A DNA stretch of 46,662 bases from Gammaproteobacteria bacterium (GCA_047517145.1 JAKZTI010000073.1:1-46662); one strand, 5' to 3'; counted from the first letter of the stretch, positions 1 to 10,018 are shown. Made by a program: numbers and translations. Notes: generated by a model not told the origin, from the letters alone.

Positions 1-713
1 TTCTGGATATTCAATCGGGTTCGGGTGGTACAGAAGCGCAGGACTGGGCTGATATGTTATTACGCATGTATGTGCGTTGGGGTGAGCAACATGGATTCAA
101 GACTGAGTTGATAGAGGTTTCTCCTGGTGATGTGGCAGGCATTAAAAGTGCGACCATCAAATATGAAGGAGATTATGCATTCGGTTGGTTACGTACAGAG
201 ACCGGTGTGCATCGCCTGGTCAGGAAATCACCCTTTGATTCCGGTAATCGCCGACATACTTCATTTGCCTCTGTTTTCGTCTCACCTGAGATAGATGACA
301 ATATTGATATAGAAATCAATCCTGCTGATCTACGTGTAGATACCTACCGCGCCAGCGGTGCGGGTGGGCAGCATGTGAACAAGACTGATTCTGCAGTGCG
401 GCTGACGCATTTACCAACGGGTGCCGTAGTTCAATGTCAGAATGACCGTTCACAACACAAGAACCGGGACCAGGCTATGAAGTTATTACGTGCCAAACTT
501 TATGAAATGGAAATGCAAAAAAGAAACTCTGATAAACAGGCACTGGAAGATTCGAAATCTGATATTGGCTGGGGCAGTCAGATTCGTTCTTATGTACTGG
601 ATCAATCTCGGATCAAGGATTTACGTACAGGGGTTGAAACTGGGAACACGCAAGCGGTACTTGATGGAGATTTGGACAAGTTTATTGAAGCCAGTTTGAA
701 GAGCGGACTGTAA
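1..713 (+). CDS. prfB: Peptide chain release factor 2 (5' end outside window)
   Basis: Frame is open from nt 3 ([16 protein letters not shown]). SPF anticodon motif (RKSPFD) and GGQ motif present; directly upstream of lysS. Confidence 0.98.
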   Translation, partial: LDIQSGSGGTEAQDWADMLLRMYVRWGEQHGFKTELIEVSPGDVAGIKSATIKYEGDYAFGWLRTETGVHRLVRKSPFDSGNRRHTSFASVFVSPEIDDNIDIEINPADLRVDTYRASGAGGQHVNKTDSAVRLTHLPTGAVVQCQNDRSQHKNRDQAMKLLRAKLYEMEMQKRNSDKQALEDSKSDIGWGSQIRSYVLDQSRIKDLRTGVETGNTQAVLDGDLDKFIEASLKSGL

Positions 714-784
714 GCCTGCTGATAGAATAATTCCCCTGTAAACTGTTACACTTCCTTATCATTTTTACACATTAAATAACAGAT

Positions 785-2311
785 ATGTCTGACAACAAAG
801 ATAATAAACCAGAAAAAAACAAGCCCGACGAGAATAAACTAATCGTCCAGCGCCGTGAGCAGTTGGAGGCTCTACGCAAAAATGGTCAGGCCTATCCGAA
901 TGATTTCCGCCGCGATTCACTGGCAGATGAGCTGCATAAGACACATGCTGAATCTGACAAAGAAACTCTGGAGTCTCTCGGCATACGCGTCAATGTTGCC
1001 GGTCGAATGATGACTCGCCGGGTAATGGGCAAGGCTTCGTTTGCTCATATACAGGATATGTCAGGCAAGATTCAGCTTTATGTAAGGCGGGACGATCTGC
1101 CTGAAGGTCTTTATGCTGAATTTAAACAGTGGGATCTGGGAGATATTATTGGCGCAGAAGGCCAATTGATGAAAACCAATAAAGGTGAACTGAGTGTCCA
1201 TGTTGATAATATTCGTTTACTGACCAAATCATTACGGCCGCTGCCTGAAAAGTTTCATGGCCTGACAGATCAGGAAACCAAATATCGACAACGTTATGTC
1301 GACCTGATTATGAATGAAGATACACGTAGAACGTTTGCTATACGTTCAAGCGTTGTTGATTTTATCAGAAATTATTTAAAGGACGATGGCTTCATCGAAG
1401 TTGAAACACCGATGATGCACTTGATCCCGGGCGGTGCAGCAGCAAGACCATTTAACACGTATCACAATACCCTGGATATGGATTTGTTTTTACGCATTGC
1501 TCCAGAGTTATATCTGAAGCGTCTGGTTGTCGGTGGTATTGAAAGAGTCTTTGAGATTAACCGTAGTTTTCGTAACGAAGGATTATCACCCAGACATAAT
1601 CCTGAATTCACCATGCTCGAGTTTTATCAGGCATATGCGGATTATGAAGATCTGATGGATCTCACAGAAGATTTGATGCGGAAATTGGTGACAGAAGTAA
1701 CAGGCGGTACCACAATCACTTATCAGGAAACTGAATATGATCTTGGACAACCATTCTCAAGGATGACGGTGAAGGAATCAATCCTGCAATTTAATCCTGA
1801 TATTAATGCGGCTGACCTGGAATCTCTGGAATCTGCCAGCGCAATAGCTGAAAAACTGGGCATACATCTAGAAGAGAGTTATGGCCTTGGCAAGGTACAG
1901 ATAGAAATATTTGAGAAGACAGTGGAGTCGCGTTTAATGGCTCCAATATTTATTACCGCCTATCCCACTGAAGTTTCACCTTTAGCCCGTATGAATGATG
2001 ATGATCCATTTGTTACTGATCGATTTGAGTTTTTTATTGGCGGAAGAGAGATCGCCAATGGTTTTTCAGAATTAAATGACCCGGATGATCAGGCAGAACG
2101 CTTCAAAAAGCAGATGCAAGACAAAGAGGCCGGTGATGCCGAAGCCATGCATTTTGATGAAGATTACATTACTGCACTGGAATATGGCATGCCGCCAACG
2201 GCAGGCGAGGGCATCGGTATAGACCGACTGGTCATGTTTTTGACTGATTCCCCCACGATTAAAGACGTTATTTTATTTCCACATATGCGTCCTCAAGGAA
2301 AAGATAACTAG
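785..2311 (+). CDS. lysS: Lysine--tRNA ligase (class II)
   Basis: [31 protein letters not shown] and GEGIGIDRL motifs; prfB-lysS synteny. Confidence 0.98.
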   Translation: MSDNKDNKPEKNKPDENKLIVQRREQLEALRKNGQAYPNDFRRDSLADELHKTHAESDKETLESLGIRVNVAGRMMTRRVMGKASFAHIQDMSGKIQLYVRRDDLPEGLYAEFKQWDLGDIIGAEGQLMKTNKGELSVHVDNIRLLTKSLRPLPEKFHGLTDQETKYRQRYVDLIMNEDTRRTFAIRSSVVDFIRNYLKDDGFIEVETPMMHLIPGGAAARPFNTYHNTLDMDLFLRIAPELYLKRLVVGGIERVFEINRSFRNEGLSPRHNPEFTMLEFYQAYADYEDLMDLTEDLMRKLVTEVTGGTTITYQETEYDLGQPFSRMTVKESILQFNPDINAADLESLESASAIAEKLGIHLEESYGLGKVQIEIFEKTVESRLMAPIFITAYPTEVSPLARMNDDDPFVTDRFEFFIGGREIANGFSELNDPDDQAERFKKQMQDKEAGDAEAMHFDEDYITALEYGMPPTAGEGIGIDRLVMFLTDSPTIKDVILFPHMRPQGKDN

Positions 2312-2341
2312 GGAAAAGATAATTAGAGAAATTCTAATTAG
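2297..2341 (+). repeat. 15-bp tandem repeat spanning the lysS stop codon
   Basis: GGAAAAGATAACTAG / GGAAAAGATAATTAG / AGAAATTCTAATTAG; includes the inverted pair TAATTAGA...TCTAATTA (2320-2340). Confidence 0.6.
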
Positions 2342-2386
2342 GTCGTTGAAAATAAGGGCTTGATTCGATTTTTTCGCTGAGGGACG

Positions 2387-2414
2387 GGAACTTCTCCTAT
2401 ATGCCCCAGTCCAT
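2387..2414 (+). promoter_or_regulatory. Candidate ECF (sigmaE-like) promoter for hvfABC
   Basis: GGAACTT-N15-GTCCAT, close to the RpoE/AlgU consensus GGAACTT-N15-GTCnAA. Confidence 0.55.
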
Positions 2415-2569
2415 GAGTTTAGGCTCTGGATTGAACAGGATTTTCGCCGAAGATAGTCGACGGGAACCATTTTGGGAAGAGCAAGATAACATTTGTATAT
2501 CTATTTTTATGGAACCCGATTGTTTTGATGTTCGGGAAATTTTGTTAACAACTTGAGAGGACTCCTCAA

Positions 2570-2908
2570 ATGTCTAAAGAAAGAAAATTAACACCAATTG
2601 CTGCAGTTATGGGCGCAACCTTTGCCGTTTCATTAATGGCTAGCCCAATCACACAAGCAGCAGCGAACCCTTTTACCATGACGGATCATGGCGCCGGTTA
2701 TATGGTTGCTGAAGGTAATTGTGGCGATAAGAAAGGCGAAGGTTCATGTGGCGACAAGAAAGGTGAAGGCTCATGTGGCGATAAGAAAGCTGAAGGATCT
2801 TGTGGTGACAAGAAAGCCGAAGGCAAATGTGGTGAAGGTAAATGCGGCGAAAATAAAAAGAAAGAAGAAGGTAAATGTGGCGAAGGTAAGTGCGGCGATA
2901 AGAAATAA
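2570..2908 (+). CDS. hvfA: HvfA-family (oxazolin/bufferin-type) RiPP precursor
   Basis: Signal peptide, ANPF..GYMVA leader and eight EG[N/S/K]CG motifs; adjacent to DUF692 and DUF2063 genes. Confidence 0.9.
   Translation: MSKERKLTPIAAVMGATFAVSLMASPITQAAANPFTMTDHGAGYMVAEGNCGDKKGEGSCGDKKGEGSCGDKKAEGSCGDKKAEGKCGEGKCGENKKKEEGKCGEGKCGDKK
2711..2818 (+). repeat. Four 27-bp coding repeats (EGxCGDKK[G/A])
   Basis: Four in-frame units differing mainly at synonymous positions, followed by EGKCG pairs up to about 2896. Confidence 0.9.
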
Positions 2909-2925
2909 TCCAGAGACTTCATCAC

Positions 2926-3783
2926 ATGTCTGAAACATATCCTGTACAGGGTGCAGGATTAGGTCTGCGGCGAGCCTTCATTGGCTCGCTTGCAGATGAC
3001 ATTCCCTCCCAAATAGATTTTATGGAAGTTGCACCGGAGAACTGGATCGATGTAGGTGGCCGTCTAGGACGCCAATTCCGGAAAATCTCAGAACAAATAC
3101 CGATGGTCTGTCATGGATTATCTCTCAATATCGGCGGTCCGGCACCTCTGGATGAGCCATTTGTAAAACGTGTTAAGCAATTTCTTGAAACGCATAACAT
3201 ACGTGTTTATAGCGAACACCTGAGCTATTGTGCAGATGATGGTCATCTCTACGACCTGATGCCAATCCCCTTTACCGAAGAAGCTGTGCATTACGTGGCT
3301 GAAAGAATTCAGCGCGTACAGGATATTATTGGTCAAAAGATGGCGATGGAAAATGCTTCTTATTATGCTGAAATGGGAAAGGAAATGGAGGAGATAGATT
3401 TTATTAATGCGGTACTGGAAGAGGCCGATTGCCTGTTCCATATTGATATCAATAATATTTATGTCAACAGCATTAATCATAAATACGATGCAGAGAAATT
3501 TCTTAAAGCATTGCCAGGCGATCGAATCTCCTATGCACATATTGCCGGTCACTATGTTGAAGCTGAAGATTTAAGAGTCGATACCCATGGTGCGGATGTT
3601 CTTGATCCGGTCTGGAAATTATTAGATGTCGCTTATGAACACTTTGGTGTGTTCCCGACTTTACTGGAAAGAGATTTTAATATTCCTCCTATGGAAACCT
3701 TATTGAAGGAAGTCGATAGCATTCGTTACTATCAACAGAAGCATCAGGCAGATGACGACAACATCAAACAGCAACAACGCTGA
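2926..3783 (+). CDS. hvfB: MNIO (DUF692) RiPP maturase, HvfB/BufB-like
   Basis: GLGLRR, EVAPENW, HGLSL, SEHLS, DLMPIP, HIAGH, DTHG and LLERDFN motifs. Confidence 0.93.
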   Translation: MSETYPVQGAGLGLRRAFIGSLADDIPSQIDFMEVAPENWIDVGGRLGRQFRKISEQIPMVCHGLSLNIGGPAPLDEPFVKRVKQFLETHNIRVYSEHLSYCADDGHLYDLMPIPFTEEAVHYVAERIQRVQDIIGQKMAMENASYYAEMGKEMEEIDFINAVLEEADCLFHIDINNIYVNSINHKYDAEKFLKALPGDRISYAHIAGHYVEAEDLRVDTHGADVLDPVWKLLDVAYEHFGVFPTLLERDFNIPPMETLLKEVDSIRYYQQKHQADDDNIKQQQR

Positions 3784-4534
3784 GGATTTTAAGAAAGTGC
3801 AATATGCCTTTACCCGGCATATGCGCGATCCTGAAAATAATCCCGCACCAGAAGGCATAGAGGACAGACGTATCGGCGTCTATCGAGAACTGGTCTATAA
3901 CAACATAGAAGGATTTATTGCTAACAGCTTTCCAGTGTTGCGCAAGATTATACCGGATGAACAATGGCATGAGATGTTGCGCGATTATGTCTGTCATCAT
4001 CAGGCACATACACCCTTGTTTCCAAGAATGCCGCTGGAATTTATACAGTATCTTAAGACTGAGCGTGATGGACATCCGCAAGATCCGGCTTTTATGCTGG
4101 AGTTGGCGACCTACGAATGGGCAGAAATAGCTATTTCTCTGGATACCAGAGAAATTGAGTTAGATGGTATTGATGTTGACGGCGATTTATTAACAGGTAT
4201 TCCGGTACTGAATCCTATTGTCATGCCACAAACCTATCAATACCCGGTGCATCAAATCAGCCCTGACAATTTACCGGATGCGCCTCCTGAGTTACCGACT
4301 TATTTACTGGTCTACCGACGCAAGGATGATGAAGTCGGATTTCTCGAGTTAAATCCGGTTTCCGCGCGGTTGATTGAATGTATCCAGAGTAATAATGATA
4401 AAACTGGTTTACAGTTATTAGAAGGGATTGCCGAGGAACTTGATCATTCTGATCCACAGGTCGTTATCAATGGTGGCCAGGAGATTATGCGGGATATGCA
4501 TAGCAAGGATATTCTCCTTGGCGTTAGAACATAG
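3752..4534 (+). CDS. hvfC: MNIO partner protein (DUF2063), HvfC/BufC-like
   Basis: FTRHMRDP, RRIGVYRELVYNN, FPVL and LELATYEW motifs; overlaps the hvfB stop. Confidence 0.88.
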   Translation: MTTTSNSNNAEDFKKVQYAFTRHMRDPENNPAPEGIEDRRIGVYRELVYNNIEGFIANSFPVLRKIIPDEQWHEMLRDYVCHHQAHTPLFPRMPLEFIQYLKTERDGHPQDPAFMLELATYEWAEIAISLDTREIELDGIDVDGDLLTGIPVLNPIVMPQTYQYPVHQISPDNLPDAPPELPTYLLVYRRKDDEVGFLELNPVSARLIECIQSNNDKTGLQLLEGIAEELDHSDPQVVINGGQEIMRDMHSKDILLGVRT

Positions 4535-4652
4535 TTTCTTAATCTTAAAGAACAAAAAATAAAAATCATTGATTTAATTTTAACGACCATTAACAATGGC
4601 TGTCAGGAGTTGCCGTACCTGGAAGTTCGATTAACTTTTAAGGGAGTCATCC

Positions 4653-6287
4653 ATGAAAGCAGCAGAACTATTCGTAAAGTGCCTGGAGAATGAAGAAGTC
4701 GAACGTATCTACGGCATACCCGGCGAAGAAAACATCGATGTCATGGATGCCTTGCTGGATAGTAAAATTCAGTTTGTTACCACGCGTCATGAACAAGGTG
4801 CTGCTTTTATGGCTGATGTTTATGGACGTCTTACAGGTCGAGCGGGTGTTTGCCTCGCAACATTAGGACCAGGTGCAACCAATCTAATTACAGGTGTTGC
4901 CGACGCTAACATGGATCTGGCACCTATCGTTGCCATTGCCGGTCAGGGATCAACAAAAAGATTACACAAAGAAAGTCATCAGATCCTTGACCTGGTCAAT
5001 TTATTTGATCCGATTTCAAAATACAGTACACAAATTCGAGAAGGCGAGATCATCCCCGAAATTGTGCGTAAGGCCTTTAAGGTTGCGCAGACAGAAAAGC
5101 CGGGTTGTAGTTTTATTGATTTTCCAGAAAACATCGCCGGTGAAGATGTTGAAGATAAAGAACCATTGCTAGTTCAGAGTCCCGTTACACCGACACCACC
5201 TGAATCTATGATGGATGAAGCAGCAAAGGTCATCTCCAATGCTCGTTTCCCGATGGTCATGGCCGGCAACGGTGTGATTCGTGCCGATGCAGAAGAACAA
5301 CTGGTAAGCTTTGCAGAAAAATTAAATATTCCTGTTGCCACGACATTTATGGCCAAAGGCGCCATTCCTTTTTCACATGACCTGTCATTGGGCGCAGTAG
5401 GTCTTCAGGCCAGTGATTATATTTCCTGTGGATTTAGTCGCGCGGATGTTGTGATTTGTGTGGGCTATGACATCGTCGAATATCATCCGCATCTCTGGCA
5501 TAAAGATAAAGACATCAAAATTATTCATGTTAACGCATTGCCAGCCGAAGTTGACGAACACTATATTGTTGAAGTTGGTGTCATAGGAGATATAGGTCAG
5601 GCACTGAATGGCATCGCTGAAAGAGCTGATGCCAAAGATGAATACCTGGCGGCAAATCTAAGACAAACCATCGTTGATGAAATGGCTGCTCATGCTGATG
5701 ACAGTGGTTTTCCCATTAAACCACAGAAAATATTATGGGATCTGCGTCAGGCATTAAACCCTGAAGATGTTGTGATCAGTGATGTGGGTGCGCATAAGAT
5801 GTGGATGGCCAGAATGTATCAGGAAGAAGTCTCCAATACCTGCATCATTTCGAATGGTTTTGCATCAATGGGAATTGCTGTGCCGGGCGCTCTGGCTGCC
5901 AAGTTTGTGTTTCCGGAACGGACAATAGTTGCGGTAACAGGGGATGCAGGTTTTATGATGAATTCACAGGAAATAGAAACAGCACTGCGACATGGACTGG
6001 CATTTGTCATTTTGATCTGGACGGATTCTGAGTATGGCTTGATTAAGTGGCATCAACTCAGAAATTTCGGTAGACCCTCCAATATCTCTTTTAACAACCC
6101 TGATTTTGTTAAATATGCCGAGAGTTTTGGTGCCAAAGGTTACCGAGTTGAAAGCGCGGGAGATTTACTACCTACCCTCAAAAAAGCCATCGCCGATAAA
6201 ACGGTTGTGATCATTGATTGTCCGGTTGATTACAGTGAAAACATGAAGCTCACAGAAAAACTTGGAGAGCTGGTGTGTCCGATTTAG
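4653..6287 (+). CDS. ThDP-dependent acetolactate-synthase-like enzyme (cyanobacterial 2-oxoglutarate decarboxylase-like subgroup)
   Basis: GIPGEEN, RHEQGAAFMADVYGRLTG, GDAGF ThDP motif and C-terminal PVDYSEN. No ilvH/ilvN small subunit nearby. Confidence 0.85.
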   Translation: MKAAELFVKCLENEEVERIYGIPGEENIDVMDALLDSKIQFVTTRHEQGAAFMADVYGRLTGRAGVCLATLGPGATNLITGVADANMDLAPIVAIAGQGSTKRLHKESHQILDLVNLFDPISKYSTQIREGEIIPEIVRKAFKVAQTEKPGCSFIDFPENIAGEDVEDKEPLLVQSPVTPTPPESMMDEAAKVISNARFPMVMAGNGVIRADAEEQLVSFAEKLNIPVATTFMAKGAIPFSHDLSLGAVGLQASDYISCGFSRADVVICVGYDIVEYHPHLWHKDKDIKIIHVNALPAEVDEHYIVEVGVIGDIGQALNGIAERADAKDEYLAANLRQTIVDEMAAHADDSGFPIKPQKILWDLRQALNPEDVVISDVGAHKMWMARMYQEEVSNTCIISNGFASMGIAVPGALAAKFVFPERTIVAVTGDAGFMMNSQEIETALRHGLAFVILIWTDSEYGLIKWHQLRNFGRPSNISFNNPDFVKYAESFGAKGYRVESAGDLLPTLKKAIADKTVVIIDCPVDYSENMKLTEKLGELVCPI

Positions 6288-6311
6288 CTGCTATGAAATA
6301 GCAAGATTGAT

Positions 6312-7751
6312 ATGACTGATCATTATTCAATCATGGTTCCCGGAGCAAATTCAAAAGATGGTTTGCTTGAAGTGTATGCGCCTTATGACCAGACTTTAAT
6401 TGCCACGGTTGATACAGCCGATGCAAGTGTTGTTGAGCAGGCATTAACAACAGCAACAGCACTTTATAAAGATCGTGATTCCTGGTTGCCAGCCGAACAC
6501 AGGATTCAGATACTCGATAAAACCATCTCTTTGATGGAAGAAAGACGAGAAGAGCTTGCGATAGAAGCCGCGCGTGAGGGGGGCAAACCACTCATTGATT
6601 CAAATGTAGAAGTTGCACGTGCTATTGATGGTGTGAGGCTGTGTATCGAGACATTACGTACAGATTCAGGACGTGAAATTCCAATGGGTCTGAATGCAGC
6701 ATCATCTGGACACCTGGCTTTTACTCGCAAGGAACCTATAGGTGTGGTGGTTGCAGTCAGTGCCTTCAATCATCCTCTGAATTTAATCGTGCATCAGGTC
6801 GCACCAGCGATTGCTACTGGCTGTCCTGTCATCGTTAAACCTGCCGAAGATACGCCACTCTCCTGTTTTCGATTTGTTGAAATATTACGAGAAGCAGGTT
6901 TACTAGATGAATGGTGTCAGACATTCGTTGTTTCTGATCTGGATGTTGCAACACAACTGGTGACTGATGATCGCGTTGATTTCTTCAGTTTTATTGGCAG
7001 TGGCAAAGTTGGCTGGATGTTGCGTTCAAAACTTTCCCCGGGAACACGTTGTGCTCTGGAACATGGTGGCGCAGCACCGGTAATTGTTACAGAAGATGCC
7101 GATATTGATGATGCATTACCTTTACTGGCAAAAGGTGGCTTTTATCACGCGGGCCAGGTATGTGTTTCGGTACAGCGAATATTTGCACATGCCTCAATTG
7201 CAAAAAAGCTTGCACAGGACATTGCAAAGCTTGGTGAGAGTTATACAGTTGGTGATCCGGTTCTGGCAGAAACAGATATTGGTCCTTTAATCAGACACGT
7301 AGAAACCGATCGTGTAGAAACCTGGGTAAATGAAGCCATTGAAGAAGGTGCTGAATTAATTAGTGGTGGGAAAAGGTTATCGGATTCCTGCTATGAATGT
7401 ACTGTTTTATACAATCCTTCGAATGAATCTAAAGTAAGCCAGATGGAAATATTTGGCCCTGTGATCTGTGTTTATCCTTATGATGATATTGATGTGGCCA
7501 TTGAGCAGGCAAATACATTGCCATTCTCATTTCAGGCCTCGGTCTTTACCCGTGATATTGACAAGGCGATGCGGGTATCCAGTCGGATTAATGCCTCTGC
7601 CGTCATGGTGAATACACATACTGCATTCCGCGTGGACTGGATGCCATTTGCAGGCCTGAAGCAATCAGGTCTGGGAGTAGGTGGAATTCCCTACACCATG
7701 GAAGATATGCAGATAGAAAAAATGACAGTTTTACGCTCAAGAGAATTATAA
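6312..7751 (+). CDS. NAD(P)-dependent aldehyde dehydrogenase
   Basis: AFNHP, VKPA, FIGSGKVG, LEHGG, catalytic GQVC and EIFGP motifs. Confidence 0.92.
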   Translation: MTDHYSIMVPGANSKDGLLEVYAPYDQTLIATVDTADASVVEQALTTATALYKDRDSWLPAEHRIQILDKTISLMEERREELAIEAAREGGKPLIDSNVEVARAIDGVRLCIETLRTDSGREIPMGLNAASSGHLAFTRKEPIGVVVAVSAFNHPLNLIVHQVAPAIATGCPVIVKPAEDTPLSCFRFVEILREAGLLDEWCQTFVVSDLDVATQLVTDDRVDFFSFIGSGKVGWMLRSKLSPGTRCALEHGGAAPVIVTEDADIDDALPLLAKGGFYHAGQVCVSVQRIFAHASIAKKLAQDIAKLGESYTVGDPVLAETDIGPLIRHVETDRVETWVNEAIEEGAELISGGKRLSDSCYECTVLYNPSNESKVSQMEIFGPVICVYPYDDIDVAIEQANTLPFSFQASVFTRDIDKAMRVSSRINASAVMVNTHTAFRVDWMPFAGLKQSGLGVGGIPYTMEDMQIEKMTVLRSREL

Positions 7752-7788
7752 TGTTCAGGTATCAGGAAACCACGAGAGGTAGCTGATA

Positions 7789-9297
7789 ATGTCAGACAAA
7801 ACACAGGAATTTTTGCTGTTTTCAGTGGAGTTAATGGCTGCATTGTTCATTCTTGTTATAGGCCTCATTGTTATTGCCATCATCATTGTCTATATCTTTG
7901 ATGTTACTCAGACAAAATCTGCAATTAAACGAAATTATCCTGTCGTTGGTCACTTTAGATATTTCTTCGAGCATATCGGGGAATTTTTCCGTCAGTATTT
8001 CTTTGCCATGGATCGTGAAGAGTTGCCCTTTAACAGAGCGCAGCGGTCATGGGCTTACAGGGCAGCAAAAAATATCGATAACACTGTTGCCTTTGGATCG
8101 ACAAGAGACCTGAGGCCCTCGGGGACAGTAATTTTTGTCAATTGTCCATTTCCTACTTTAGAAGAAGATACCGTTGTACCTTTACCATTAACGATTGGCC
8201 CTTTTGCAAAAAATCCTTATACGACGTCATCACTATTTAATATTTCTGGCATGAGTTATGGCGCGATATCTAAACCAGCGGTATTAGCATTATCACACGG
8301 TGCCAAAAGAGCGGGTTGCTGGATGAATACCGGTGAGGGTGGTCTATCCCCATTTCATCTGCAAGGTGGTGCGGATATTGTTTTTCAAATCGGTACTGCA
8401 AAGTATGGTGTCAGGGATGAATCAGGTGAAATGTCAGATGATAAATTGCGTGAAGTGGCAAGTCATGATCAGGTAAAGATGTTTGAGATCAAGCTGAGCC
8501 AGGGTGCTAAACCAGGTAAGGGTGGCATATTGCCAGGTGGCAAAGTGACTAAACAAATTGCAAAGATTAGAGGGATTGACGAAGGTGCCGCTTCTATTAG
8601 TCCCAACCGGCATACGGACATCAACAGTATTGCTGATTTACTGGATATGATTGATCGCATCAGAACGGTCACAGGCAAGCCAGTCGGATTTAAGGTCGTA
8701 ATTGGCGCATACGGGATGATTGATGATTTGTTTAATGAGATTAAAAAACGTGGTGTGGAGAGTGCACCAGATTTTATTACTGTTGATGGTGCAGATGGCG
8801 GTTCGGGTGCAGCACCCATGCCTCTAATCGATGACATGGGTTTGCCATTGCGTGAAAGTTTACCCCTGGTGATCGATAAGCTGAATGAACACGGCTTAAG
8901 AGATAGAATAAAAATTATATCTTCCGGTAAATTAATTACGCCAGCAGATGTTGCCTGGGCATTGTGTGTTGGCACCGACTTTGTCACATCGGCAAGAGGA
9001 TTTATGTTTGCGCTTGGATGTATTCAGGCTTTGCAGTGTAATAAAAATACCTGTCCCACAGGTATAACGACTCACGATAAAAAATTACAACGTGGATTGA
9101 ATTATCGTGACAAAACAATTCGTGTCATGCACTACGCACAGAATATGATGAATGAAGTAGGCACCATCGCCCATTCCTGTGGTGTGAGCTCCCCACGGAA
9201 ATTGCGCCGTTTTCACGCAAGGGTTGTGACCGAGAATGGGCTCTCAATCCCGCTCAATGAGTTGCACCCGGATATTGAACCACCATCAACATTCTGA
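7789..9297 (+). CDS. FMN-binding glutamate synthase family protein with N-terminal TM helix
   Basis: MSYGAIS, NTGEGG, EIKLSQGAKPGKGG and the 3Fe-4S motif CIQALQCNKNTCPTG. Confidence 0.9.
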   Translation: MSDKTQEFLLFSVELMAALFILVIGLIVIAIIIVYIFDVTQTKSAIKRNYPVVGHFRYFFEHIGEFFRQYFFAMDREELPFNRAQRSWAYRAAKNIDNTVAFGSTRDLRPSGTVIFVNCPFPTLEEDTVVPLPLTIGPFAKNPYTTSSLFNISGMSYGAISKPAVLALSHGAKRAGCWMNTGEGGLSPFHLQGGADIVFQIGTAKYGVRDESGEMSDDKLREVASHDQVKMFEIKLSQGAKPGKGGILPGGKVTKQIAKIRGIDEGAASISPNRHTDINSIADLLDMIDRIRTVTGKPVGFKVVIGAYGMIDDLFNEIKKRGVESAPDFITVDGADGGSGAAPMPLIDDMGLPLRESLPLVIDKLNEHGLRDRIKIISSGKLITPADVAWALCVGTDFVTSARGFMFALGCIQALQCNKNTCPTGITTHDKKLQRGLNYRDKTIRVMHYAQNMMNEVGTIAHSCGVSSPRKLRRFHARVVTENGLSIPLNELHPDIEPPSTF

Positions 9298-9321
9298 TGA
9301 TTTTTAGTCCTCGGGTTGATA

Positions 9322-9349
9322 TGAACCTCTGACATCTTCGGATGTCGAA
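9322..9349 (+). promoter_or_regulatory. Candidate ECF promoter for hvfX/doxX
   Basis: TGAACCT-N15-GTCGAA, same spacing as the site before hvfA; overlaps the hairpin GACATC-TTCG-GATGTC (9331-9346). Confidence 0.5.
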
Positions 9350-9397
9350 TAGTCTCACAGGTATTTAAAAATAATTATAGAAGAGCAGGGGACTGAC

Positions 9398-10018
9398 ATG
9401 ATCATATGTATTGCCAATAAGGCGCAGGATATCTTTGATAAAATACGATCATACGTTGATTTTATCGGACCATTACTACTGAGAATATATATTGTCCCTG
9501 TTTTCTGGGTGGCCAGTAATAACAAATGGAATCCATTTGACAGTGACAGTTCTCTCGATTCAGTGATCCAGTGGTTTGGAAATACCGAATGGGGACTTGG
9601 TTTACCATTCCCAACACTGATGGCTTATATGGCGTGGGGAACTGAATATTTTGGTGCCATTCTGCTGGCTTTGGGGCTGGCAACACGCTGGATTTCCATC
9701 CCACTGATGTTCACAATGATCGTTGCTGTCGTGACTGTGCACTTAGAGCATGGTTGGCAGGCAGTACATGATTTATCAAGTCCATATGCCTCTGCCAATG
9801 CAGGTGAAGCCCTTGAAAGGCTCAGTAGCGCAAAAGATATTTTAAAAGAGCATGGTAATTACGACTGGTTGACGGAACATGGAAATATTATTGCTTCCAA
9901 TAACGGCATTGAATGGGCGGCAACCTATTTTATTATTTTGCTGGCACTGTTCGTTACCGGCGGTGGTAAATTTGTCAGTGTTGATTATTGGCTGGCAAAG
10001 AAATTCAGGGCTAAATAG
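9398..10018 (+). CDS. DoxX family membrane protein, HvfX-like
   Basis: LLLRIY, WFGNxxWGLGLPFP, VHxxHGW, EHGNYDWLT and NNGIE motifs, typical of the long DoxX that accompanies Hvf clusters. Confidence 0.8.
   Translation: MIICIANKAQDIFDKIRSYVDFIGPLLLRIYIVPVFWVASNNKWNPFDSDSSLDSVIQWFGNTEWGLGLPFPTLMAYMAWGTEYFGAILLALGLATRWISIPLMFTMIVAVVTVHLEHGWQAVHDLSSPYASANAGEALERLSSAKDILKEHGNYDWLTEHGNIIASNNGIEWAATYFIILLALFVTGGGKFVSVDYWLAKKFRAK

Noticed and set aside
1-60. prfB programmed +1 frameshift site
   Set aside because: It would lie upstream of the window and is not visible.
2711-2905. Periodic repeat as a possible CRISPR array
   Set aside because: In-frame coding repeats with synonymous variation, no unique spacers and no cas genes.
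2688-2933. Alternative-frame and antisense repetitive ORFs (2688-2933 +, 2698-2925 -)
   Set aside because: They are shadows of the hvfA coding repeat.
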